Assembly: GCA_963693365.1 (NCBI GenBank)
Contig: CAVNZM010000001.1
Span: forward strand, 18,090,783 to 18,154,782
Length of the DNA: 64,000 nucleotides
Direction: 5' to 3'
Source of the DNA: Amoebidium appalachense
Lineage: Eukaryota; Protista; Ichthyosporea
Shown here: positions 24,281 to 52,153 of the stretch, in pieces
Layout of the letters: the number at the start of each line of letters is the position of its first letter
Position numbering within the stretch: the stretch's first letter is position 1
The notes under the pieces: generated by a model
What the model saw: the letters and a program-made list of their open reading frames with translations, nothing else
Databases searched by the model: none
What the model was told of the DNA's origin: nothing
Program-made: the position numbers and the translations under genes

Positions 24281-24686
24281 GGGGGGTAGATTTGATAGCT
24301 TTAAAATTTTTGGCAGTGCCTTCTGTATAAAATTACATTAATAAGGCATTGCCATCTGTATCAACTCACATTTTGTGTTTACTCTAGCATGATTATAATT
24401 ATGGCAGTACTGTACGTAACTATGGTTTTGAAGGGTTATTTCTTTTCCACACTCTGTTGAAATGCCGTATGTTCATCGGCAACCGTGACAAATAGACACG
24501 TCTACTCCCAACAAACTACATTATATGTAAAGTCTTATACCCGGTTATATTGAGCAAATTCTTTCTCCTTTCCACGTTGAGTGTCACCCACACAAATTAT
24601 GTATCCACTTTTCAGCTTTTGTCACATCATATCGGTTCACTGGGCCAGGCTCCATGTCACATGATTGTTTTGGATATGCATGATGA

Positions 24687-24718
<32 letters not shown>

Positions 24719-25284
24719 TCTCTGAGTCCGGGGTGCGTGGTACTACACACCAGGGCAACCTGGTATTAACTTATGTGTGAAAAGAGGAAGAGGGAAGTTG
24801 TGGTGTAGGCAAACTGATTGGAGGAGGAGGAGGGGGGGGGGAGGGGGGGGAGGGGGGTAAAAAGAGACACCAGCTGCTACACAGGAGAAAATTCAGCAAA
24901 CGTACACTCAAACTGCATACAACGATTTATTTTAACGGCTTTATGTGAGGTGGTGTGACAGTCATTTATTGTGCGCATATACATATACATGCTTTTGTTC
25001 ACTCTAGGCCTATTGCGGGAGGGTTCCACACGACCAGTCATTAATTCCAGACCCGGTAAGTTACATTTATGTGGACCGATTTGCATCCTACAGCCTATTC
25101 CCATACAAATTGCAAATGGGGATTTACGCCGTTTCATCGAGACACGAAAAGCGGTAACAGTTCTAGGGACGGTTTATTCTTATTTTTTTATTTATTTATT
25201 TTCTCCCTCAGCGAATCATGTAAGGTATGTGGAGGTCAGGCAATGCTTCTATCAAGGGTTTTCTTCCACTCTGCCATTACTAAC

Positions 25285-25322
25285 CAAAAAAGACAAATAT
25301 ACTCGGTTAGGATAATACCCGT

Positions 25323-25356
<34 letters not shown>

Positions 25357-25403
25357 CCCCCTCTTTTGGAGGGCCTCCCCTGGGACACTCATTCTCAGCT
25401 GGT
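25285..25403 (-). mobile_element. Transposon terminus shared with 52085-52193
   Basis: The reverse complement ACCAGCTGAGAATGAGTGTCCCAGGGGAG...AACGGG..CTAAC..GTCTTTTTGGT matches ACCAGCTGATACCGAGTGTCCCAGGGGAG...AACGGG..CTAAC..GTCTTTATGGT at 52085; both abut a microsatellite. Confidence 0.5.
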
Positions 25404-26090
<687 letters not shown>

Positions 26091-26454
26091 GGGCAGTAGT
26101 AGTTTCTTTAATCAACTAAAGACGACAGTGCTGGCGTACGTAGAGTGATATCAGGAACTGGAGGAGGGGAGGGGGACGAAAGGCCGGGGGTTGGAGGAGG
26201 ATGAGAGGAGGAGGGGAAGGAGGGGGCCCGGTGGGTGGGGCAGAGGAGGCAGGGAGGGGGGGGGGGGGGATGGGGGGGTGGGGGGGTGGGGGTGGGGGTG
26301 GGGGGAGGGGGGGAAGGGGGGGGGGGGGGGGGGGGGGGGGGGGGGCGTGAAAGTGCCAGGGGGCCGGGGGAGAGTGAGGAGGGGGGAAGAGGGGGAAGGG
26401 GTGGGTGGGCTGTGACGGAGAATGTCAACTTAGTAGGCTCTACTAAGGAAACCT

Positions 26455-27028
26455 ACTAGAAATATTCGAATCCTCTGGCCACAAACGTTTCAGGGCACCT
26501 AACAAAATGAAAAAGTCTTGCAAACCCGCGGGTTCGAGAACTGGGATTTAAATAGCAGAGGCGTCCTCCTACTGGCCAATCAAAATGGGCTTACTGTTCA
26601 TTTTCCAGGGAGCCAATCAAGTGTGTTCCCGAATTTGTGTCGACATTCCCGAAAAACTCCGGAATGTGATGGAATGTTCTGGCATGCCAAGCTGTTATGG
26701 ATTAAACTTCCACTTACAGGCGTATTTATTGACAGAACTGTATGCAAATATTTTTCTGTAATAATATTTCGGTCTTGCAGAGCTTTATTTTATGTCATTA
26801 GCCCTCTTATCCGTTTTTCAGCCGTACTAAAACACGGCTCCATGAACTAACGAAGCCGATTGGCTGACTGTTCTGATTGGTTAGTAGATGCAGAGAAAAG
26901 ATATATAAACAAAACCCCCATAATCTGCCATCCTCACTTCTCTGCGATTGACAACACAAACGCTCAACGCAAATCATAAACAACGGCAACGCTAACATTC
27001 ACAAGTAACAACCGCAACTAAAGACAAC
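26455..27028 (+). promoter_or_regulatory. Hsp70 promoter with HSE-like units, CCAAT boxes and TATA
   Basis: TTCgaGAA at about 26533, TTCccGAA at about 26626 and 26646, GAAtgTTC at about 26672; CCAAT at about 26576 and 26613; ATTGG at about 26859 and 26876; TATATAAA at 26902-26909. Confidence 0.75.
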
Positions 27029-28948
27029 ATGGCACCAAAAAAGAGCGGCGGGCCAGCCATCGGCATTGACTTGGGCACGACCTACTCCTGTGTGGGTGTG
27101 TACCAGCACGGCAAGGTGGAGATCATAGCCAACGACCAGGGAAACCGAACAACCCCCTCCTATGTGGCCTTCACCGACACAGAGCGCCTAGTGGGTGATG
27201 CAGCCAAAAACCAAGTGGCCATGAACCCACACAACACCGTATTTGACGCAAAACGGCTTATTGGGCGGCGCTTCAACGATTCCGCGGTGCAGAGCGACAT
27301 GAAACACTTCCCCTTCAAGGTCATAGACAAGGACGGAAAGCCTGCGGTGGAGATCGAGTTCATGCACGAGCAGAAGACTTTCCTGCCGGAAGAGATCAGC
27401 GCCATGGTGCTGACCAAGATGAAGGAGACTGCCGAGGCCTACCTGGGCCAGCCCATACGTGACGCGGTCATCACCGTCCCCGCATATTTCAACGACGCAC
27501 AGCGGCAGAGCACAAAGGACGCAGGTACCATTGCCGGCCTCAACGTGTTGCGCATCATCAACGAGCCCACGGCTGCGGCCATTGCCTACGGGCTGGACAA
27601 GAAGGACAAGAAGGAGCGCAATATCCTCATTTTCGACCTGGGAGGCGGCACGTTTGACGTCAGCATTCTTTCCCTTGACGACGGCGTGTTTGAGGTCAAG
27701 GCCACAGCCGGGGACACACACCTGGGCGGGGAGGACTTTGACAACCGTCTGGTGGACCACTTTGTGGCCGAGTTCAACCGCAAGCACAAGAAAGACCTCA
27801 AGACAAATGCACGGTCCCTGCGGCGGCTGCGGACTGCCTGTGAGCGGGCCAAGCGCACCCTCTCTTCCTCTGCCCAGGCCACCATCGAGGTGGACTCACT
27901 GATGGAAGGCATTGACTTCTACACGTCGATCACCCGCGCACGGTTCGAGGAGCTGTGTGCAGACCTGTTCCGGTCCACCCTCGAGCCCGTAGAAAAGGCC
28001 ATGTGGGACTCCAAACTCGACAAAGGGTCCATCGATGAGGTGGTGCTGGTGGGCGGGTCGACCCGCATCCCCAAGATCCTGAAGCTACTAAGTGACTACT
28101 TCAACGGCAGAGAGCTCAACCGGTCCATCAACCCAGACGAGGCCGTGGCCTATGGTGCCGCCGTGCAGGCCGCAATCCTCACGGGCGACACATCCGGCGA
28201 CGCCTCCGACCTCCTTCTGCTCGACGTGGCCCCACTGTCCCTGGGCATTGAAACAGCGGGGGGGGTGATGACACCGTTGATCAAGCGCAACACCACCGTT
28301 CCCACCAAGCAGACACAAATCTTCACCACGTACACAGACAATCAGCCCGCTGTGACCATCCAGGTCTATGAGGGTGAACGGGCCATGACCAAAGACAACA
28401 ACCTGCTGGGCAAATTCGACCTCACAGACATCCCTCCTGCCCCCCGTGGAGTGCCGCAGATCGAAGTGACGTTTGACGTTGACGCCAACGGCATTCTTAC
28501 GGTGACCGCATGCGTTAAGTCCACTGGCCGCAGCAACACCATCACCGTTAAGAATGACAAGGAAAGACTCACACAGGCCGACATTGAACGCATGGTGGCT
28601 GAGGCCGAGAGGTTCAAGCAGCAAGATGACGAGCAGCGGGAAAAGGTGGCTGCTAAAAATAGCCTCGAGGCATACACATTGCAGGTTAAGGGCACGTGCG
28701 AGGACGACAAGGTTAAGGGCAAGATCGACGAATCGGAGCGCAGCGCTCTGCTCACTAAGGCCAAGGAGACGCTAGGTTGGCTGGAGCACAACCAGACGGC
28801 CAGCACGGAGGAGTACGAGCACATGCTGAGTGAGCTGCAAGGTGTGGCCATGCCGCTTGCCAAGATGCACCAATCAAATGGCCCCATGCCCGGCAACTTC
28901 AGTTCCGGGGCCAGCCACCAAGGTCCGACTGTTGAGGAGGTGGACTAA
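27029..28948 (+). CDS. HSP70: Cytosolic Hsp70, intronless (639 aa), probably the inducible type
   Basis: Signatures [20 protein letters not shown] and [12 protein letters not shown]; linker DLLLLDV; C-terminal GPTVEEVD. Confidence 0.99.
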   Translation: MAPKKSGGPAIGIDLGTTYSCVGVYQHGKVEIIANDQGNRTTPSYVAFTDTERLVGDAAKNQVAMNPHNTVFDAKRLIGRRFNDSAVQSDMKHFPFKVIDKDGKPAVEIEFMHEQKTFLPEEISAMVLTKMKETAEAYLGQPIRDAVITVPAYFNDAQRQSTKDAGTIAGLNVLRIINEPTAAAIAYGLDKKDKKERNILIFDLGGGTFDVSILSLDDGVFEVKATAGDTHLGGEDFDNRLVDHFVAEFNRKHKKDLKTNARSLRRLRTACERAKRTLSSSAQATIEVDSLMEGIDFYTSITRARFEELCADLFRSTLEPVEKAMWDSKLDKGSIDEVVLVGGSTRIPKILKLLSDYFNGRELNRSINPDEAVAYGAAVQAAILTGDTSGDASDLLLLDVAPLSLGIETAGGVMTPLIKRNTTVPTKQTQIFTTYTDNQPAVTIQVYEGERAMTKDNNLLGKFDLTDIPPAPRGVPQIEVTFDVDANGILTVTACVKSTGRSNTITVKNDKERLTQADIERMVAEAERFKQQDDEQREKVAAKNSLEAYTLQVKGTCEDDKVKGKIDESERSALLTKAKETLGWLEHNQTASTEEYEHMLSELQGVAMPLAKMHQSNGPMPGNFSSGASHQGPTVEEVD

Positions 28949-29260
28949 ATGCTTCAAAGTCAGGATAAGTCAAAGCACATGTAAATAGAACGGCATTCAT
29001 TGTGTACGCCATGTAAGTTAGTAAGCTTCTTGTAAGATAGGTGTAAAATAAGATGAAATGTAAATATAGTGTTAGTTGGATTGTATCCGTTGAGTCAGTG
29101 TGGTCATTCACTGAGTCTAATCTCCGGTTAAAGTTATGCTATTACATAGATGACAGTCCCTGAGTGATTAAATAAACTTAGCATGGTACTGAGTGTGCCA
29201 GTAAATAAATTTCGGTCTTGGTTCTTCCATACCTCCCCCCCCCCCCCCCCCCCCCCCCCA

Positions 29261-29661
29261 CGGACACACACACACCGGGGCCCCTTTCAGCGGGCTTCCC
29301 TCCACCCCCCCCCCCCCCCCCCAAAAAAAAAAAAAAAGAACCCCCTTCCATTCGACTTAATACGGTAGACCACATCATGTTGGGTTCACACTCAGTGTGT
29401 CCGCTTTTGCGCATGCACATGTAGCGCTGAACTCAAACCCCCCCCCCCCTCGGACACACACACACACTGGGGCCCCTTTCAGCGGGCTTCCCCCCCCCCC
29501 CCCCCCCCTCCCCCCCCCCCCCCCCCCCCCCAAAAAAAGAAAGAACGAAAAAACAAAAAATGAAAACCCCTTCCGTTCGACTTTATGCGGTAGACCACAT
29601 CGTGTAGAGTTCACACTCAGTGTGTCCGGCTTTTGTGCATGCACATGTAGCGCTCAACTCA
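29261..29661. repeat. Tandem duplication of an approximately 190-bp unit
   Basis: CGGACACACAC..GGGGCCCCTTTCAGCGGGCTTCCC..CGGTAGACCACATC..GCATGCACATGTAGCGCT occurs twice (from 29261 and 29451). Confidence 0.85.
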
Positions 29662-30029
29662 GCGCATGCACTTGTAATTTCTCACACATATATATATGTC
29701 CCAATACATAAACCCCGCCACACACACACACACACACACACAAAATTACACACCAACACGCCGGCATCCACCACACACATAAATGCACGTCACTGGCTGA
29801 GTCTCAGGGCTTACATGGAGGATGGAAAATGTATGTGCATCCCCGTTGCACGTGCACACACTCTTGCATTATAACCCTACACATTCACCCATACATACCC
29901 ACACAAACTACATCTCCCCGCCCCCCGCGCCCCCCCCCCCCCCCCCCTCCCCCTCACCTACATACCCCCCCCCCCATACACACAAACACACAGCCACACA
30001 CACACACACACACACACACGCGCGCGCGA

Positions 30030-30094
<65 letters not shown>

Positions 30095-30276
30095 TGCACG
30101 CACGCACGCACGCACGCATACGCACGCGCGCCCGCGCGCGCACACACACACACACACACATACCCACACACACACACACTCAGACACACCAGTCAGTGAC
30201 ACACACACACCGTCGCAGCATGCACGCACACATACAAACACATACACACACACACAAGCACACCGTGACATGTACA

Positions 30277-30313
<37 letters not shown>

Positions 30314-30337
30314 CACGCACACGCTCACTACAAGTGT

Positions 30338-30368
<31 letters not shown>

Positions 30369-30608
30369 AGAAACAGTCAATCACTCGTACACCTGAACTT
30401 GCACACAAAACATTTACATCAAAGAATGAAGAAAGCATGCAAGAGGCATCATACCCCGCAGGTACTACCGGCATCCTGGATGATACTAACACAAACCAAA
30501 CACTTACGCTCAAACATACACACCACACACACACACACACCACACACACACACCCACACACCCACACACACACACACGCACACACACACACGCACACGCA
30601 CGCACACG

Positions 30609-30649
<41 letters not shown>

Positions 30650-30878
30650 CCCCCCCCCCCCCCCCACACACACACGAATATATACTCATAAGTTATTATG
30701 ACTGGCATTAAGCTACTGAATGTGCCTCGAATAAGCCAAAACATCGATATATTCTCCACGGCGATATTGTGGTGGACGTGTATACCCTCAAGCTATGTAT
30801 TACGTAACTGTAGGCACAGTATACGTGGCATGCACTAAAGAGTAGGGATCAAGATGGAGTTTGTCCCGCCCCCCCTCC

Positions 30879-30909
<31 letters not shown>

Positions 30910-30945
30910 ACAGGCACACCCCTACCGCGTCCCGCCCCTCCCCCT

Positions 30946-31569
30946 CGAAGCACAAAACAAAAAACGAGAAAAACGAAGGGGAAGAAAAACAAAAAACGAA
31001 AAAAAGAACAAAACAAAAAGAAGAATGTAAGAAACGAGGAAGAAAGAGAACCAAAAGAAGAAGGGAAGAAACGAGGAAGAAAGAGAACAAAGAATAATAT
31101 TTTTCTTTTTTAAAAAAAAAAAGGGGGGGGGGGGGGTTTAAGATATGTATGTACTCTAGTGTTTGTACGCTTTGTGTTGTATAATAGTTTCAGTAAAAGG
31201 TTTATTATGTAGCTGTGTGTATAGTTTGATTGTCACCACATTGTAGTTCTGATTGGTTGGAGGATTTGGGAGTGGAGTGTTTAGGGGGACTTGTGGGGGT
31301 TGTGGAGGTCAGGCAGACGAATGTGTCGGTGTTGGGGGGCGCACAGGTCAAAAAGGAACGAAAGAAAGAAAGAAAGAAAGTGAAACTGGAAAAAAAAAAA
31401 AAAAAAAAAAAAAAAGAACAATGCAACAACACGCGAAAAAAGAAAAGAAGAAAGAAACGAGGGAAAAAATGCGGCGGGAAAATGAAAAAGAACAAAGAAT
31501 AAGGAAGGGACAAACGAGGAGACAGAAAGCATCACAGGGGGAAAAAACGAAAAAGAAAAAAAAGAACAA

Positions 31570-31620
<51 letters not shown>

Positions 31621-32330
31621 ACGAAACAAGCAAACAAGACGAAGCACAAAACAAAAAACGAGAAAAACGAAGGGGAAGAAAAACAAAAAACGAAAAAAAG
31701 AACAAAACAAAAAGAAGAAGGTAAGAAACGAGGAAGAAAGAGAACAAAAAGAAGAAGGGAAGAAATGAGGAAGAAAGAGGACAAAGAATATTATTTTTTT
31801 TTTAAAAAAAAAAAAAGGGGGGGGGGGGGGGGGGTTTAAGATATGTATGTACTCTAGTGTTTGTACGCTTTGTGTTGTATAGTAGTTTCTGTAAAAGGTT
31901 TATTATGTAGCTGTGTGTATAGTTTGATTGTCACCACATTGAAATTCGTGATTGAATGTGGAAACTTGCTATAAATGTGTGCGGTAGTAGGGCTTTTGTG
32001 ACAGCAAAGTTACAGAAGAAACAATGAAAAAAGAACAAAGCAAAAAAAAAAAAAAAAAAAAAAAAAGGGGGAAAAGAAAAGAAGAAAAAAAGTGGGGAGG
32101 AGGGGGGGGGATATGTATGTACTCTAGTGTATGTAAGCTTTGTGTTGTATAGTAGTTTCTGTAGAAATGATATGTATTTCGTTGATGTGCAAATACAAAG
32201 ATGTGTTACTGTGTAGCTGTGTGTATAGTTTGGTTGTCAACTCATTGAAATTCGTGATGGTAATGTGGAAACTTTGTCATAACTTGATGATGTGTGCGGT
32301 AGTCGGGCTTTCGTGACAGCAGATTTATTA
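30946..32330. repeat. Imperfect triplication of an A/G-rich plus AT-rich unit
   Basis: GATATGTATGTACTCTAGTGT..TTGTGTTGTAT..AGTTT occurs at about 31142, 31840 and 32110. Confidence 0.8.
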
Positions 32331-32626
32331 TGTCATGTGATATGTAGCTATGTTCTTTTACCGTAGTTGAACACATGTAAATTTTAAACATTTAAAAAAT
32401 AAAAAAGGGTTTTAAAAAACAAGGGGATATTGCTCTTTTTGGCGCACAAATATGCTTTTCTGGTTGCGAGAGATGGCATGTTGCTGTGTAATATTAATTT
32501 GGAATGACGTGGGTGGTATTAGGTAGGGTGGACGGTGTCAGTGTGGTGTGTCTTCCCTCACAGGCAGGTGCGAGCCGCTGTGTGCCGTGTGTCTCAGAAT
32601 GTGTTACCTGTGTCTATGTTGGACTA

Positions 32627-32670
<44 letters not shown>

Positions 32671-32790
32671 CGCGCGTGCATGCGTGCTGGCGCCTGCCAA
32701 TGTGCACGCATGTTTATGAAGATGTATGCGAGGGTGGCCATTGGGTGCCACGGTCATGAGGGGACGGAGCACCGGTGCGACCCCCCCCCC

Positions 32791-32821
<31 letters not shown>

Positions 32822-32999
32822 ACACACACACACCGGGGGGGAGCCTCCCACCCTCACCTCCCACCACCAACCATCGACTGAGAAGAGTGAAAGAAGAAGT
32901 GAATGAAAAATTTCACAATGCTAGTAGGGAAAACAATAAGAGAAAAGTCATTCGGAGTCGATTGATTCAGAAGATGGATGGTGAGGGGGTATGGGCTTG

Positions 33000-33046
<47 letters not shown>

Positions 33047-34104
33047 ACCTTCTCCCTTGCTCTTCCCCCCCTTCCCCCCCTTCCCCAAATATTCCGCCTC
33101 AACAATGTAACAAATAAGTTTTTTAATATGTAAGCTCAAATGTTAGACTTGTTTTGGTGAATATGTCTCTTTTCTTATTTTTCTATCCAGTTGAGCAGAG
33201 GATATTCGAGCAACTTGGGAAATCCTTGCCCTGTTGAACTCCATCCAGATCTCGGAGTTTTGGGGGATACGCCCTGAGCCGACCTGTCGAACCAAAGCAA
33301 TCTTATGAGTATGTAGAATGGTGAGGTTGATAAATCTTCGAGGCATGGATAAAACAAATTTTTTTCTAATAGCTATATGCGGTGGCAGGCAACGATAATA
33401 TACAGACATAGTGATCGGCTCATATTTCGCCGTTTCGACGAGAGCCTTTTCACGGCCTAGGCCGGTAAAGGCCCTTCAAGGGGGCGGATCCGGAACAAAC
33501 CAAATAACTTGCATACTTTCAAGATCCAGATATTCCTTCACGGACATTGGTGTACCGGAATATTGACCAATGGTCGCGCTTATAACAAACAATAATGAAT
33601 TTTGAACAAGAACAAATATTAATCATTCAATCATCACGATCCTGTTTAAACGCTGATTAGCCTAATCAAACTACCAATCGAAACCTGCTGCACTGTATAC
33701 ACAGGGAGTCCGAACTGCGCAGAGGGCTGCCAGAGGCCGCCGGGCAGCGGCCACATGATTGATGTTGCCAGGTGGTCGCCATGCGCTCACGCCCGGCCAT
33801 GCTCCGGCGCGTGAGCGCCTTTTCTTGTGACAAATCCGTAGTATATGCCAAGGCGTTTTCAGAGCATATACTATTTGCATTTATTGATTCATTATGTATT
33901 TATTAATTATATATTTAGGTAGTAGGCTGTATGTACTGCCATTGCGGCCGACACACCGTAATCAGGCACTGTGGAACATATGTGCACGTGATGATGTCCC
34001 GCCCGTCAGGCCTAGGCTGAATTCGAACCTATTGCTAGCCGTGCACGTAGGCACGCACACATGCATGTACACGCACCATTTGGACACCTACTAGTGACCC
34101 CCCC

Positions 34105-34151
<47 letters not shown>

Positions 34152-34966
34152 ACCCACCCAAACACACACACACACACACCACCACCACCACCACCCACCC
34201 ACCCACCCAGGAACCCCAAATCCCCATGTCACAGGGCCTGCCACTGCTACTGACACACACAACACAACCACACATACACGTACACATGCCGCTAGGGAGG
34301 GCGGGGGAAGGGAGGGGAGAGATCTGGGGGGAAGAGGGAGAGGGAGGGCTGGGGGGGGGGGGGGGGGGGGGGGGGGGGGAGTCTCAGAGGGTGGGGCCCG
34401 GTCGAGAGCTCGAGAGAGCTCGAAAGAGAGAAGCCAAAGAACGAGAGCGTGAGAGGAGAGGGGGAGGAAGATCTCCAGAGGTGGGGGTGAAGGGAGGGGG
34501 AGGGGGAGGGGGAGAGGGAGGGAGGGAGAGAGCGGGAGAGGGAGCAAGAGAACGTTTTTGGAAGGCCTTCCACATTCAATGTAGAAGTGGATGGCGCAAA
34601 GCAAGGGAACAAAGAGTTTATTTCGCGCATGGATTGGGACTCTACCTAACCATTTCGTTTCCAGCAATTGACGTCACTACAAACCCTCTCAAGACATGTT
34701 CTACGCCCCATACCCACCTAGCATGTGTGCCAAGGAAAATATGTATTGTGTCTATCTGTGTGCGCATGCGCATGGCATGAACACATAAGCATGTATGCAT
34801 AGGCCACGGTTCTCTATTTCATCCCAACTGTACCATAGTCTAAGATAGGGTGTGCAAAAAACGACTTGACACACGACACAAATGTGTGCACGTACCAGAT
34901 GTATACAGCTCTCTCTTTCCTCCCTCTAACATTTTCAATCCCTTCCTGGTGTGTAGGTGTGCGTGT

Positions 34967-35070
<104 letters not shown>

Positions 35071-35315
35071 GAGAGGGGGGGGGGGGGGGGGGGGGGGATC
35101 TACAGACACCGTAAAAGCCTTTCCCCCCCCCCCCCCCCCCCCATCCCCCGCCAATTTTAATTTTTTTCCTCTAAAACGTGACTTTCGGAAACGAGGACAG
35201 GCGCAGGAAGAAATACCAACGAAAAAAAAAAAAACAAGACATCTATACACCAAACATTGTCAGATACATACGCTAAACACGACGCAAACGATAAACACCC
35301 ACGCGGCTGCGAAAA

Positions 35316-49257
<13,942 letters not shown>

Positions 49258-49859
49258 TCTCAGGCCCCTAAGGGACTAAACAACGACCCAGTCGGAGTAC
49301 GAGACGAGCAGGTGTGTAGATTTTGCGCCGAGGGTGTGCTTCTCGCTGATTCCTTTACATTTACGGGACCTAGCACGTCCTAACTGCGCATTCTAACCGC
49401 CGTAACGACAAAAGCTGCTCTGCTTACAAAGTTGTACTTGTTTTGTGGGCAGTGAGTCCTGACTACGTACACCGGGCAGCCTGTCGACAGCTAGACAGCT
49501 GCAGTTTGTACAATAGTAGAGGCTCAGCTTAGATCTGGACTGTAAATCTAATCGCACGGCCATCTAGAGTCTCTAGATGGCCGTGATCTAATCGGCGCTC
49601 CACCTGCCAAATATAGCAATCTATTTGGAAATTTGATTGGAAAATCGCTTAACGGTAAACGGTCGCAACACCACGGTGCAGCGAGTGACTCCGTCACTGG
49701 CTCATGATCAACGTTCAACTTTGAGGTGTATATACAGGTGCTGCAGCACTGCCTCTTTTCCTGCACTTGTAAAATTGCAAATGGAGTATTCCCTTTTTTT
49801 TTCCATGCAGGCTGTACAAATTCTGTGCATATGTACAATTCATGTTATGTTCAAATAAT

Positions 49860-51996
49860 GGCACTGCACGATTCTATGCGAGTTGCATTGGTGCACGATA
49901 TGTTGGTTTTATTGATTGGAAAACTGCTTACGATTCTGTCTCCCCTGGTCTCCTATGGGAAAAGCTTGCTGCACGGGGTGTACCACACTGCATTGGTGTT
50001 TTGTTAGAAGCACTCTTGTCTCAAACCTATGGTAGAGCTGTGGTTAATGGGCACCGTTCATATGGTTTTGCTCGTACTGGAGGTCTCTTGCAGGGTTCAT
50101 TGCTTAGCCCCTTTTTTACCTATTTATAGATGATTTGGCTGTCAAGATTTATGCCGAAAATGATGACCCTTTCCGCCTGCACTTCTCTATGCTGATGATC
50201 TGTCCCACTCAGTCGGCATGTGTTATGTTCCTTAGGCAACACCGTACTGATCATTATCGCTTTTTGGGAGCTTTGGCAGGATACATTTCTCCTGCTGTAC
50301 GTATGGATACCACCCTAGTAGATAAGTCTGTATGGTGCTCTGATGTTGATTTTGCCTGGGAAGTTGTGCAGTGGCGCTGTAATTCTTGTTTTCATCGCCG
50401 CTGGTGCCACTTTTGTGCTGAACTTTTTAATCGCAAGCATGTTGATAGGTGTGAGTTTTTATGTCGCGTTTTACCTCTTTCCCTACGGGTGTCTGCTACA
50501 CTAGCTGGCAATGTGAACACTTTAGACTTTTTGTTGAATTCTGTTGGTCGTCACATTGAGTATTTATATGATTTTCACACAGTGTTCAGGTATCTCAGTA
50601 TGCACTTGTTACTGGATAACTCGTGAAGTTTTTATTGTCTTCTCAGGGGCCGTGCATACTTGCATATCTTTCCGTCGAATAAATCCAGTCAAAAGAAGAA
50701 GAAAAATCTGTCCCCCCTAGACGCCTGCAAAGATTGTTCGATGTAGTGTCAGAGTGGTGCAAGGCAAACCTTATGATCCTTAGTGCTAACATAGACAAAT
50801 GTGGTGTTCTTGTACCAAAAAAGCTAACAATTTACACACATTTACATTATCATCTAAACCTGTACCTAAACGGTTCCATAATACAATATCTTGGTGTTCC
50901 GGTTACTTCTGTTGGTGTTATGTATGTTTTCCCATATGGTCGAAAAGAGGGAGAGCTGGCTCGTAAGCGGTTAGCTTTCTTCTCGGCTAATATTTTTAAA
51001 GACACACCCCTCCATCCTTCTATTAGACTTACATTTATTCGCACTTTTGTCTTCCCGGCATGTGAATAGGGTTTACCCCTTCTCGCCGGTTGGATCAAGA
51101 AAGAGAGAACTGGAGCGCTTAAACCCTTGGCAAATATCCTCTAAGCAGAAGTTTGCCTCCTTTCTATCTAACAACTGTTGTAAACCTGGGCCTGTAACGC
51201 TCTCGATATATGGTCTGGTCCCAATAGCTGCTAGAGTATCCCATCTCGCGCTGAATTCAATAAGCACATAAGCCGCTTAAAGACCGCTTAAAGAAGTATT
51301 AATATTTGCCCTCCCACCCTCTCTTCTCTATCCGACCTGTCCCCTCCGGATCCTCACCTCTCCCCTCTTTCCTTCCCTCTCTCTCTCCTTTTCCCCCGGG
51401 CACAAATACAAATAAACCCCGCAAAAGTGTGTGTGTGACTTTGGACTGCCACTTACTTATTAGACATGTACACAATCACAAGATAATTACGCAATATAAC
51501 AAATGGAAAACGATACCACACGACACCAGACCCGATGAAAGCATACACCTTGAAAAACTAAGCTTTGTGTCTCGTTTTATATACTATGACCGTCTTAACC
51601 AAATAGCCAAATATGGCACTCGCAAATGTGTAACACCTAAATACATACTACCTTCCTGTAGAATTGTTTTTCTCTAGCTGATGGTATTATTGATAACCGT
51701 TGATACCACGGTTTTACTGTACACGTGCTATACAGTGGAGATCTAATAAGTATAAGGTGGCATCGTTTGCATGCCCAAACAACACACACATACACCAGTT
51801 TACATGTATCGCCAAATGTAGTTTGAGAGACCACATGATACAGCAACACACACACGTCACATTCACAACAGACACCCAGAAAGATAGCCTACCTGAAAAT
51901 TACAACATCCTTGATTATATACTAAACACGCGTAACTACGACCTGTTTATTAGATGTATTCATTGGCTTGAGAAACACATCATTACAAAATTCTAG
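49860..51996 (+). mobile_element. Decayed non-LTR (LINE) retrotransposon: RT domain and C-terminal region, with stops and frameshifts
   Basis: RT motifs FIDWKTAYDSV, GLLQGSLLSP, LYADDL (about 50185-50202), EWCKAN..NIDKCGV, YLGV; C-terminal AIQWRSN...NILDYILN. Confidence 0.85.
50207..50705 (+). mobile_element. 5'-truncated LINE 3' end nested in the RT of the host LINE
   Basis: Flanked by the 9-bp direct repeat ATCTGTCCC (50198-50206, 50706-50714). Encodes QWRCN..C..C..FNRKH..C..NTLDFLLN* and ends AATAAA followed by an A/GAA-rich tail. Confidence 0.75.
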
Positions 51997-52016
51997 CGCG
52001 CGCACGCGCGCGCGCG

Positions 52017-52085
<69 letters not shown>

Positions 52086-52119
52086 CCAGCTGATACCGAG
52101 TGTCCCAGGGGAGCCCGGG

Positions 52120-52153
<34 letters not shown>

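Noticed and set aside
27160-28896. Antisense and alternate-frame ORFs over Hsp70 (also over DnaJ and BAG)
   Set aside because: These are expected shadows of GC3-rich coding sequence.
33100-34090. SRP (7SL) RNA next to the SRP receptor gene
   Set aside because: No recognisable Alu domain or helix 8 motif was found by eye.
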